Below are positions 25,983 through 33,626 of a stretch of DNA of 64,000 bases, in pieces; positions within the stretch are counted from its first letter, which is position 1; the number at the start of each line of letters is the position of its first letter. The DNA is from an uncultured Porphyromonadaceae bacterium. GTDB lineage: Bacteria; Bacteroidota; Bacteroidia; Bacteroidales; Muribaculaceae. The notes beneath the pieces are model-generated. The model was given only the letters and a program-made list of their open reading frames with translations, searched no databases and was not told the origin of the DNA. The stretch is from positions 49,804 to 113,803 of the forward strand of contig CAMWMD010000003.1 of NCBI GenBank assembly GCA_947175265.1, written 5' to 3'. The position numbers were made by a program, and so were the translations under genes.

Positions 25983-26006
25983 TTTCAAACGGATAGATAT
26001 TTGGTG

Positions 26007-26014
26007 CAAAGTTA
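26007..26014 (-). promoter_or_regulatory. -7 promoter box TAACTTTG (minus strand) for tyrA
   Basis: The plus strand reads CAAAGTTA. It lies 25 nt upstream of the ATG at 25982. Confidence 0.6.
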
Positions 26015-26140
26015 GCAAATAAATTCGTAAGAATGCAGTTTTCGCCCGCGAAAACTGCAATAACCCATAACCTTTCCTTGCAAAAGTTGAATTTAGAGAG
26101 GAAAGTTATTCAAATATTTCAATATATGGATATTTATTAA

Positions 26141-26148
26141 TATATTTG
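26141..26148 (+). promoter_or_regulatory. -7 promoter box TATATTTG for hipBA
   Basis: This is a perfect TAnnTTTG match 26 nt upstream of the hipB ATG. Confidence 0.6.
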
Positions 26149-26149
26149 C

Positions 26150-26161
26150 AGATATATATCT
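26150..26161. promoter_or_regulatory. 12-bp perfect palindrome AGATATATATCT, candidate HipB operator
   Basis: It starts 2 nt after the -7 box and so covers the expected transcription start. That is the classical autorepression geometry of type II TA operons. The context is AT-rich, so chance occurrence is possible. Confidence 0.4.
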
Positions 26162-26173
26162 ATATATTAAAAT

Positions 26174-26488
26174 ATGAAACCAGTAAATGTAGTCACTGAC
26201 CGGGATATAATCGATGCTTTGGCGAAGAGAATTAAAGAGTATCGTCTTGCCACCCGTATGAGCCAAAGAGAAATGGCGGAAATATCAGGGGTGAGTTACA
26301 CTACCATCTGCCATTTTGAACAAGGCCGCAATCCTAATCTCTCGCTGAATAATTTCATGGCTCTTCTGCGTGCTGTTGGCATGGAGGGGAGGATGCTGGA
26401 GGTGTTGCCTCCACTGCCAATCCCTCCCATGGCCTTGAGAGAAATAAACAAACTTATACCGAAAAGAGTAAGGAGGAAAAAGGAATGA
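26174..26488 (+). CDS. hipB: XRE-family HTH protein, HipB-like antitoxin
   Basis: 104 aa with HTH MSQREMAEISGVSYTTICHFEQG. Its stop overlaps the start of the hipA-like gene (ATGA). Confidence 0.8.
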   Translation: MKPVNVVTDRDIIDALAKRIKEYRLATRMSQREMAEISGVSYTTICHFEQGRNPNLSLNNFMALLRAVGMEGRMLEVLPPLPIPPMALREINKLIPKRVRRKKE

Positions 26489-27762
26489 TAAAACGGTTGG
26501 ATGTAATTCTTTGGGATAAGAAAGTTGGTACGCTTGTCTCTGAGAAAAAGGGATATGGAAACAGTATATTTTTTTATTTTGATGATTCTTTTATAAAATA
26601 CGGACTCGATATAGCCCCTGTGAGGGCTTCCATACATGGTGTTGTGGCGCGCAGACAACTTCCGGTCTATCCGGAGTCGGACCGTATTTTTGGAGGTCTT
26701 CCATCATTCATATCGGATTCTCTGCCTGATTATTGGGGTCACTTGGTGTTCAAGGAATGGGTAAAGAGAAATGGGATACATACCAAAGATCTGTCATCGT
26801 TAGATCTTTTGGCTTATATAGGACGTCGGGGCATGGGGGCGTTAGAATTCCTTCCACCAGCCTCTGATAAATTGGAAACCCGTTTTAAGGTGGAGATTGA
26901 GAAATTATCTCAACTCGCACGGAAGGTTGTGGAAGATGCAGGGAACTTCCATATAACGATTGAGGAAGACTTTCCTATTGAGAGTCTGTTTAAGGTTGGC
27001 ACTTCTGCAGGAGGAAGACGACCGAAAGCCGTCATAAATTATAATCCGGACACGGGAGAATGCTATTCCGGTCAAGTGTCCATCGAGGATAAGGATTTCA
27101 TACCAATGATTATTAAATTTGACGAGCATTCCGACTTCCCTTCCACTCTAATAGAATATAGTTATTATCTCATGGCGAAAGAAGTAGGGTTGGAGATGAT
27201 GCCGAGCCGTCTTCTCAAGACAGGGGATGGAATACATTTTCTTACCAATAGGTTTGATAGGAAAAATGGGGGGAAGATACATGTCCAGACTCTTGCCGCA
27301 ATGAACCCTTTGGCTGATTCCTACGAGGATTTGTTTGACGTGGCGATAAGGATAGGGATAAGTCGTGAAGAGATTGAACAGATATATGTGCAGATGGTGA
27401 TGAATGTTGTGACCGGAAACATTGACGATCACAGTAAGAATTTCAGTTTTATGATGGGTGAGGATGGAGATTGGAGGAAGGCTCCGGTTTATGATTATAC
27501 GTTTGCTGTTGACAGTGATACCATGCCTTACATGAATATGCACGGCATGAGCATTAATGGCAGAAGGGGTGGGATAAGAGAGAAAGATTTGTTTGAGATA
27601 GCATCACGGTATGGAGTGAAGAGAAGGAAGGGGATTATTGGGAAGTGTGTGGCAAAGGCTCAGGAGTATGCCAAATTTGCGCGAGAGGCTGGAGTGGAAG
27701 AAAAATGGATAGGGATAATAGAAAGAGAAATTTCAGAAAAGATAGAAGGATTGAGAGGATGA
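26485..27762 (+). CDS. hipA: HipA-family serine/threonine kinase toxin
   Basis: 425 aa. The N-terminal HipA coupling region is followed by the catalytic loop GNIDDHSKNFSF. It is translationally coupled to the upstream HTH gene. Confidence 0.85.
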   Translation: MIKRLDVILWDKKVGTLVSEKKGYGNSIFFYFDDSFIKYGLDIAPVRASIHGVVARRQLPVYPESDRIFGGLPSFISDSLPDYWGHLVFKEWVKRNGIHTKDLSSLDLLAYIGRRGMGALEFLPPASDKLETRFKVEIEKLSQLARKVVEDAGNFHITIEEDFPIESLFKVGTSAGGRRPKAVINYNPDTGECYSGQVSIEDKDFIPMIIKFDEHSDFPSTLIEYSYYLMAKEVGLEMMPSRLLKTGDGIHFLTNRFDRKNGGKIHVQTLAAMNPLADSYEDLFDVAIRIGISREEIEQIYVQMVMNVVTGNIDDHSKNFSFMMGEDGDWRKAPVYDYTFAVDSDTMPYMNMHGMSINGRRGGIREKDLFEIASRYGVKRRKGIIGKCVAKAQEYAKFAREAGVEEKWIGIIEREISEKIEGLRG

Positions 27763-27771
27763 CTTTGTGAA

Positions 27772-27813
27772 TCATAAAAACAGTAGGCCCTTAAGAGCCT
27801 ACTGTTTTTATGA
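27772..27813. terminator. Bidirectional terminator between convergent hipA and susD (pair 3)
   Basis: A 17-bp perfect stem (TCATAAAAACAGTAGGC / GCCTACTGTTTTTATGA) includes A5/T5 runs. Confidence 0.85.
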
Positions 27814-27835
27814 TCATTTTTCAATTTAATAGTTG

Positions 27836-29341
27836 TCAATGAGGTTGCACCTGTGCCCAGTTGGGATTCTGTACAACACCGGATCCTGTATTTATCTCAC
27901 GAGCCGGAATCGGGAAAAGGAAGTTGGTAAGGTCAACGTTTTCGTAACTGTAATCAATGTTCGGAGCATTGAATGCTGTTAGATTTGCTGGAGCGCCCCA
28001 ACGACGGAGATCCCACAGACGATGGCCTTCCTGAATAAGCTCGCGGGCACGTTCTTCCTTTATAAACTGCATCACCTCATCGCCGGTCTGTGGAAGATCG
28101 GAAACAGTAGTGATATCCAAGTTTCTCTTGGCTACTACAAGGAGTGCATTCAGTGCGTCATTCAGAGTGTGGGTAGTACCCTTAAGTGCAGACTCTGCTT
28201 GAATGAGGAACATTTCCGGAGCATTGATAAGATAGTTGGTTCCATTCTGGAGATTGCCTGTGCTGTAGTCAGAGAATTTACCAGACTTGTAGATGGGAAT
28301 TGCAGTGCCGAGAGTGGAGACACCGTTCTTCACATCCCATTGCTGGATTGCCTTGCGCACATCCTTTTCACCATAGAGAGAAAGACAATATGGACTGGGG
28401 CTGTAGCCGTATGTGCTCCAAAGGTTTCCACAGGAATTGGCCGCGTAACTGTTGCTGGAGTTGATTGCCAGACCGAATAAACTCTCAGTATTGCTGTTGC
28501 CACCATTATAGAGGGCTTTGTAGCCGGCATCAGTGTATGTCAGTTCTGTCTTGCCCCATTTCCGGATGGCTTTCTCAGCATTATCATAGGCTGCATCCCA
28601 GTTTTCGAGATATAAGTGGACACGAGCCCTAAGCCCGTAGGTGGATGCCACGCCCATATAGAACATACTTCCTCGGTCGCCACCGGCAATATCAAAGTTT
28701 TTGATTGCGTTATCGAGATCCTCGACAATCTGGTTATAAGTCTCTCCTAAAGTCGCACGCTTAACCCGTGGATCTGAGGGGTCGACAGTATTGTCCAATA
28801 GCACCATTCCCAATTCATTGGAGAAATTCCGGCCATCCACCATCACCTGATGGCAATAAATCTGAGCCATATTCCAATATGCGTAAGCACGGAGAGCGTA
28901 AGCCTCAGCCAAATATTCGGCAAGTTCCTCCTTTTCTTCAGCTGTGGAAGTCTCAGCGATTACCGGAGCACCGTTGATTATTCGTGTGGAATTATCAACA
29001 ACCTTATAGCCGTACGACCAAATGTAGCGTAGATAAGACTCTGTATCGGTGTAGGTCATCGAATAGATGTTGTTGAAGTGGGCAGCTTGGGCATTCCAAT
29101 ATGATATGTCAGAGGCTATATCGCCGATCATGGTCGCATAGTTGCCTGAGAAATAGTAGTAGCACAAGCGATAGTAGATGCCATTCAGTGCGAGTTCCAC
29201 AGAAGTTACATTAGTCATAGCCTCCTCGCTGTCTTTTCCAATGTATATGTCCGTGTCAAGGAATTTGTCCCCGCAGCTTGTAAGCGACCCGGCTATCAGA
29301 AAGGCCGAGAGTAACTTTATTGTTTTTGATTTAATTTTCAT
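27836..29341 (-). CDS. SusD/RagB-family nutrient-binding lipoprotein (pair 3)
   Basis: 501 aa with lipobox SLTSCGD and the signature EERARELIQEGHRLWDLRRWG. It lies 19 nt downstream of a susC gene. Confidence 0.92.
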   Translation of the reverse strand: MKIKSKTIKLLSAFLIAGSLTSCGDKFLDTDIYIGKDSEEAMTNVTSVELALNGIYYRLCYYYFSGNYATMIGDIASDISYWNAQAAHFNNIYSMTYTDTESYLRYIWSYGYKVVDNSTRIINGAPVIAETSTAEEKEELAEYLAEAYALRAYAYWNMAQIYCHQVMVDGRNFSNELGMVLLDNTVDPSDPRVKRATLGETYNQIVEDLDNAIKNFDIAGGDRGSMFYMGVASTYGLRARVHLYLENWDAAYDNAEKAIRKWGKTELTYTDAGYKALYNGGNSNTESLFGLAINSSNSYAANSCGNLWSTYGYSPSPYCLSLYGEKDVRKAIQQWDVKNGVSTLGTAIPIYKSGKFSDYSTGNLQNGTNYLINAPEMFLIQAESALKGTTHTLNDALNALLVVAKRNLDITTVSDLPQTGDEVMQFIKEERARELIQEGHRLWDLRRWGAPANLTAFNAPNIDYSYENVDLTNFLFPIPAREINTGSGVVQNPNWAQVQPH

Positions 29342-29360
29342 AGTCGTTGGATTTGAAGAA

Positions 29361-32300
29361 TTAGAAACTTACCTGCACGCCACCGGTGAATGTAAATGTG
29401 CCGGGATATTGGGCTGCGATATAGCCGTCGCCGTAAGTGTCCGGAGTGAATCCGTGGAAGTTTTTCTTAACCCAGGTATGTACATTGTCAAAGGTGGTGT
29501 AAAGTCTGAGTTTACGCAGATGCATTGCCCTGGTTATCTTTTTCGGGAAAGTGTAGCCGAAAGTGATATTGCTGAGTCTCAGATAATCGCCACTCATCAA
29601 CTGCGCTGAAGAACGAGAGGTGAATTTATCCGGATCGCCATACTTATATTGCGGTATGTCAGTATAACGGTTATCTTCCGTCCAAGCATTATCAACCACA
29701 TACTTAAGAGGTGTACGCCAGTTCATGCTCCAACCGCCGCCATTGAGACCATAGTTGAACACCTTGTTACCGGTTCGGAAATTGAAGGCTATACTTGCAT
29801 CAAAACCGTATCCCGTAGCGGAGAACCCGAATGCACCGATCAATTTGGGGTCAGACGAACCGACATAGCGCTGTGCGGCTTCGGCATATACTGTGGTGAG
29901 TTCATCTCCCGTCTCGTTCTTGTAATACTGAGCTTTGCCTGTTTCAGGGTCAACGCCTGCAAATTCTTTCATATACCACTGGTGATAAGGTCTTCCTTCT
30001 TCAATAATGGTATATGTGCCTACAACATTTCCGTCATAGAGACGTTTTACCTTGTTTTTGTTCCAACTGAGATTGACGTATCCATTGACTGTAACGTCGC
30101 GTCCTGTGTATATGGCACCGTTCACACCAAGTTCTATACCACGGTTATCAAGTTTGCCGATGTTTTTGTAATAAGTGTCAAATCCGGTAGTCATTGTAAT
30201 AGGCACTTGATACAGGGCATCGTCCGTAATGTCGTTGTAGTAATCGAAAGTGAAATGGATTCGGTTGATCAGAGAGAAGTCAAGTCCGACATCAAACTTC
30301 TTGGACGTTTCCCAAGTCAGTCGGGGATTTGCAATCTGATAAGGAGTGATTCCGGCTCCACCATCATAATTATATCCTGCGGCATAATAACCACGGGAAG
30401 CGTAAAGGCTCGGGAGTGACTGGTTACCGACAGTACCGTATGAGATACGAAGAGCGAGATTGGTAAGCACAGTATTATCTTCAAGGAATTTCTCCTGACT
30501 CAAACGCCATTTTCCACCAATCGACCAGAAATTACCCCACCTGCTATCTTCTCCGAAAACAGAACTGCCATCACGTCTTACTGATGCAGAGATAAAGTAG
30601 CGGCTTGCGTAACTGTAGTGAAGGTCGGCGAAATATGAAGCCATGCGCGACTGTGATTTTCCATATTCAGAATCGCCCCATTGACCGGCGGTTGCAAGTT
30701 CACGCATGCCGTCTGCTCCAAACGGGAAATCTGATCCGTCAAGTTCGGTGTAATGGTATTCATAACGCTGCATTTCCTGACCGAGCAGGAAGTCAACCTG
30801 ATGATCTTGGCCGAAGGTATAGTTCCAACCCAAAGTGTTGGTCCAAGTAAGGGTAGATGTACGGGAATCATGGGTTCGACCACGACCGTTGGATTTAACG
30901 CCCTGTGGGTTAGTCACTGAACTCCAGTAATCGTAGAGTTCCTGGGTCATTATGTTGGCACCAAAATTTGTTTTGAACCATATTCCGTATGGAAGGGTGA
31001 TACGTGCCCAGGGGTTCGCATTGATAGTCTGGTTATTGACAGTGTGTAGATTACCGATTTTTGGATCATTTACAGCCAAAGGGTTGTAAAGTGAACCTTC
31101 ACCGAAATATCTTTTGATACCGTCTTCAGTAACATATACCGGATACATCGGAACCATTGAGATCTGAGCGCCAACAGTAGGCGATGCGTATGACTGGCCA
31201 GTACTCTGTGAGAAACTTTCGTTATTTGTGTAAGAATAAGATGCGTTAAGACCAACTTGCAGGAATTTGTAGGAAGTGTCAATATTCAGTCGACCATTGT
31301 AACGCTTATTGGAACTGTTGATAACCACACCTTTGGTGTCAAGGAAGCCAAGGCTTCCGAAATAGTGGGTGGAGCCGTTCGTGCCGTTGAAACTGAGATT
31401 ATAATTCTGGAAAAATCCTGTGCGTGTCACTTCATCCATCCAATTGGTATCGGTCACACCATCCCACTCAAAGTAATTTTTGATATACTCATAAGCTGTA
31501 TCATAGGTATATGAAGTGGGGTAGCGATTTACATAATTCTTTGCAAAGAAATCCATGGTTTCAAATGCATTGGCATACTTCATATTGTTATTTGCAACGG
31601 AAGTAAGACCTAACTTCACATCTAAATCAAGTTGGAATTTACCCTCGCCACCCTTCTTTGTTGTTATAACGATTACGCCATTTGCTGCACGGGAACCATA
31701 GATAGCAGTTGCGGCGGCATCTTTTAGTACGGTGACGCTTTCTATATCGCTGGGATTGTACGCCGCCATCGGGTCAAAGTAGTTATTTGTAGTCTCCAGA
31801 GTGTCATAATCGGAGTTCACAGGAACACCATCAATAACGTAGAGCGGAGTAGTGCTTGAAGAGAGAGAACTTACACCACGCACGAGCACTTCACCCCACA
31901 TACCGGGCATTGATGTGGAATTGTTGTATTGTAGACCCGTGACATTGCCCTCTAAGGCCTGTACAAAGTTCACCTCAGTACGCTTGTCAATATCTGATCC
32001 ACTCATGACAGCGGCAGCGCCTGTGAAGGCTGCCTTACGGGTGGTACCGTAGCCGGTGACTACAACTTCATCAAGTTGAGCGTCAGAACTCTGGAGATAG
32101 ATCTTCATGTCGGGACGGAGGTCGACGGTGGCTGGATTGTAGCCGACATAGGTGAATTTCGCCTTTGTCACGTTCTGTGGGACGCGGAGTATGAAATTGC
32201 CATCTACATCCGTAGACGTTGCCTGTCCACCCCCTACGGGAGCGACGGTCACACCGATCAGAGGCTCGTTGTTGGTAGCGTCAAGCACTGTGCCCGAGAA

Positions 32301-32372
32301 TGTACGCAGCTGGGCGCTCAGCCCGAACGTACATGCCAACACTGCCATCATAATGAAAAATAGTCTTCTCAT
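29361..32372 (-). CDS. SusC/RagA-family TonB-dependent outer-membrane transporter (pair 3)
   Basis: 1003 aa with a signal peptide, a carboxypeptidase-regulatory-like domain and a plug (IYGSRAANGVIVITTKKG). It ends ...GGVQVSF. Confidence 0.95.
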   Translation of the reverse strand: MRRLFFIMMAVLACTFGLSAQLRTFSGTVLDATNNEPLIGVTVAPVGGGQATSTDVDGNFILRVPQNVTKAKFTYVGYNPATVDLRPDMKIYLQSSDAQLDEVVVTGYGTTRKAAFTGAAAVMSGSDIDKRTEVNFVQALEGNVTGLQYNNSTSMPGMWGEVLVRGVSSLSSSTTPLYVIDGVPVNSDYDTLETTNNYFDPMAAYNPSDIESVTVLKDAAATAIYGSRAANGVIVITTKKGGEGKFQLDLDVKLGLTSVANNNMKYANAFETMDFFAKNYVNRYPTSYTYDTAYEYIKNYFEWDGVTDTNWMDEVTRTGFFQNYNLSFNGTNGSTHYFGSLGFLDTKGVVINSSNKRYNGRLNIDTSYKFLQVGLNASYSYTNNESFSQSTGQSYASPTVGAQISMVPMYPVYVTEDGIKRYFGEGSLYNPLAVNDPKIGNLHTVNNQTINANPWARITLPYGIWFKTNFGANIMTQELYDYWSSVTNPQGVKSNGRGRTHDSRTSTLTWTNTLGWNYTFGQDHQVDFLLGQEMQRYEYHYTELDGSDFPFGADGMRELATAGQWGDSEYGKSQSRMASYFADLHYSYASRYFISASVRRDGSSVFGEDSRWGNFWSIGGKWRLSQEKFLEDNTVLTNLALRISYGTVGNQSLPSLYASRGYYAAGYNYDGGAGITPYQIANPRLTWETSKKFDVGLDFSLINRIHFTFDYYNDITDDALYQVPITMTTGFDTYYKNIGKLDNRGIELGVNGAIYTGRDVTVNGYVNLSWNKNKVKRLYDGNVVGTYTIIEEGRPYHQWYMKEFAGVDPETGKAQYYKNETGDELTTVYAEAAQRYVGSSDPKLIGAFGFSATGYGFDASIAFNFRTGNKVFNYGLNGGGWSMNWRTPLKYVVDNAWTEDNRYTDIPQYKYGDPDKFTSRSSAQLMSGDYLRLSNITFGYTFPKKITRAMHLRKLRLYTTFDNVHTWVKKNFHGFTPDTYGDGYIAAQYPGTFTFTGGVQVSF

Positions 32373-32397
32373 CTGATAAATGTTAAGTAGTTAAAAA
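32326..32397. repeat. Left copy of a perfect 72-bp inverted repeat (leader + first 47 nt of susC pair 3)
   Basis: I checked base by base that it is the exact reverse complement of 33555..33626. Weaker similarity extends outward to ~32072 and inward to 32500. Confidence 0.95.
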
Positions 32398-32470
32398 TTA
32401 TTATATGTATCACTTTTCCAAAAAAAGGATGCGATCAAATATGGTTTTTCGGTACTGGATTTTCGGGAAA

Positions 32471-32492
32471 AATAACTTGCGTCCAAGTTATT
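32471..32492. promoter_or_regulatory. 9-4-9 palindrome AATAACTTG-N4-CAAGTTATT in the susC (pair 3) leader
   Basis: The 9-bp inverted arms are perfect. An identical element lies at 33457..33478 upstream of the divergent susC. Confidence 0.5.
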
Positions 32493-32570
32493 ATTTTTCC
32501 ATATTAGGTTTGTCAAGTTAAAGTACATTGAGTATTGGAGAGGTAGTGAATGTGCTTTAATACTTTTTTG

Positions 32571-32578
32571 CAAATTTA
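32571..32578 (-). promoter_or_regulatory. -7 promoter box TAAATTTG (minus strand) facing susC pair 3
   Basis: The plus strand reads CAAATTTA. It lies ~200 nt upstream of the susC ATG at 32372, in the unique segment between the inverted repeats. Confidence 0.55.
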
Positions 32579-32704
32579 TAAAACTTTTTCACTTAATTTG
32601 AGGGTAAGTATGTTAAAAAGCGTTAATTAACATTTAAATAATGACCGCTATTGTAACAAAATATGAAATTTTCTGTCTTTATATAATCAACTTGCCTTAA
32701 TCAA

Positions 32705-33235
32705 TCAGGGTATTGGAAAAGGTTTGTTCAATTTTGGCAAGCATATATGTTTATTTGCCAAAAGATTATTATACTCCATCTCCAGGAGTGCCAGTTTCCT
32801 CTCCACACCCCCGTTATATCCCCCCGGTTTTCCTCCTGCCGACACAACCCGGTGACACGGCACATACACCCCTACAGGATTTCTTTTACACGCCATTCCT
32901 ACAGCCCTCACTGCTCCCGGTCTACCTATCCTTATGGCGATCTCTTTATACGTCACGGTCTCACCATAACTTATCTTTAAGAGTTCATTCCACACCTTTT
33001 TCTCAAACTCAGTGCCTTCCAGAAAAAGAGGCACATCAAATGCTTTCAGACTGCCGCAGAAATAATCGTCAAGTTGACCTATTATCTCCGAAAGTATCTC
33101 CGTCGTCTCAATCCCTTCATCTGAGACAACTTCCTTAACCCCGTCTTCATTCATCCAACGGCAACCCGACAGTTTATTATCAGTCAATTCTATTTTAAGA
33201 CACCCCAGCGGCGTGTACTTTACAAAGTCAGTCAT
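32705..33235 (-). CDS. ogt: Methylated-DNA--protein-cysteine methyltransferase
   Basis: The active site is VPCHRVV, with helix-turn-wing YKEIAIRIGRPGAVRAVG. I chose the start at the internal Met (MTDFVKYTPLG...) because a perfect -7 box at 33308..33315 lies inside the longer tracked ORF. Confidence 0.85.
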   Translation of the reverse strand: MTDFVKYTPLGCLKIELTDNKLSGCRWMNEDGVKEVVSDEGIETTEILSEIIGQLDDYFCGSLKAFDVPLFLEGTEFEKKVWNELLKISYGETVTYKEIAIRIGRPGAVRAVGMACKRNPVGVYVPCHRVVSAGGKPGGYNGGVERKLALLEMEYNNLLANKHICLPKLNKPFPIP

Positions 33236-33307
33236 CTCTCCTTCCGTTTTTCCCAAACAATATCCCTCAGCGATATTATTTTGATTGGTATATACCCTTA
33301 ACAACTG

Positions 33308-33315
33308 CAAATATA
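33308..33315 (-). promoter_or_regulatory. -7 promoter box TATATTTG (minus strand) for ogt
   Basis: The plus strand reads CAAATATA. It lies 73 nt upstream of the ATG at 33235. Confidence 0.5.
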
Positions 33316-33456
33316 GATATAAATAGCGACATCCATCCGCCATCATACTAAAAGAATCATATTTTTCTGATCAACGATGCTTTCAATTTATCAATCACCC
33401 CTGTATATTATTGATAATCTTATACTTCTGATAAAATAACTACAATAAGGAAAAAT

Positions 33457-33478
33457 AATAACTTGGACGCAAGTTATT
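33457..33478. promoter_or_regulatory. 9-4-9 palindrome AATAACTTG-N4-CAAGTTATT in the susC (pair 4) leader
   Basis: This is the same element as at 32471..32492. It lies ~100 nt upstream of the ATG at 33580. Confidence 0.5.
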
Positions 33479-33554
33479 AATTTCCGGAGAAATCCAGTAC
33501 CGAAAAAACTTCGTGGAATAACCCGCCGCGAAAAAAGAGACAAAGAATATACAT

Positions 33555-33626
33555 TTTTTAACTACTTAACATTTATCAGATGAGAAGACTATTTTTCATT
33601 ATGATGGCAGTGTTGGCATGTACGTT
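33555..33626. repeat. Right copy of the perfect 72-bp inverted repeat (leader + first 47 nt of susC pair 4)
   Basis: It is the exact reverse complement of 32326..32397. Weaker similarity extends inward to 33449 and outward to ~33880. Confidence 0.95.

Noticed and set aside
25983-26060. N-terminal extensions in the ORF track for tyrA (to 26060), ogt (to 33346), glsA (to 46130), pldA (to 59028) and the MFS gene (to 43575).
   Set aside because: In each case a better start (Rossmann motif, signal peptide or family-typical N-terminus) lies at an internal Met. For tyrA, ogt and pldA a perfect TAnnTTTG box lies inside or at the extension. The MFS extension overlaps the gadC coding sequence and two terminator hairpins.
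32318-32330. The ACGTTCG core at the outer edge of the perfect inverted repeat resembles the core of the Mpi-type invertase sites (ARACGTWCGT) recalled from B. fragilis.
   Set aside because: Only 7 of 10 positions match, and only in the left copy (the right copy reads ACGTTGG). That is too weak to call a recombinase site. The inversion hypothesis is reported on the basis of geometry only.
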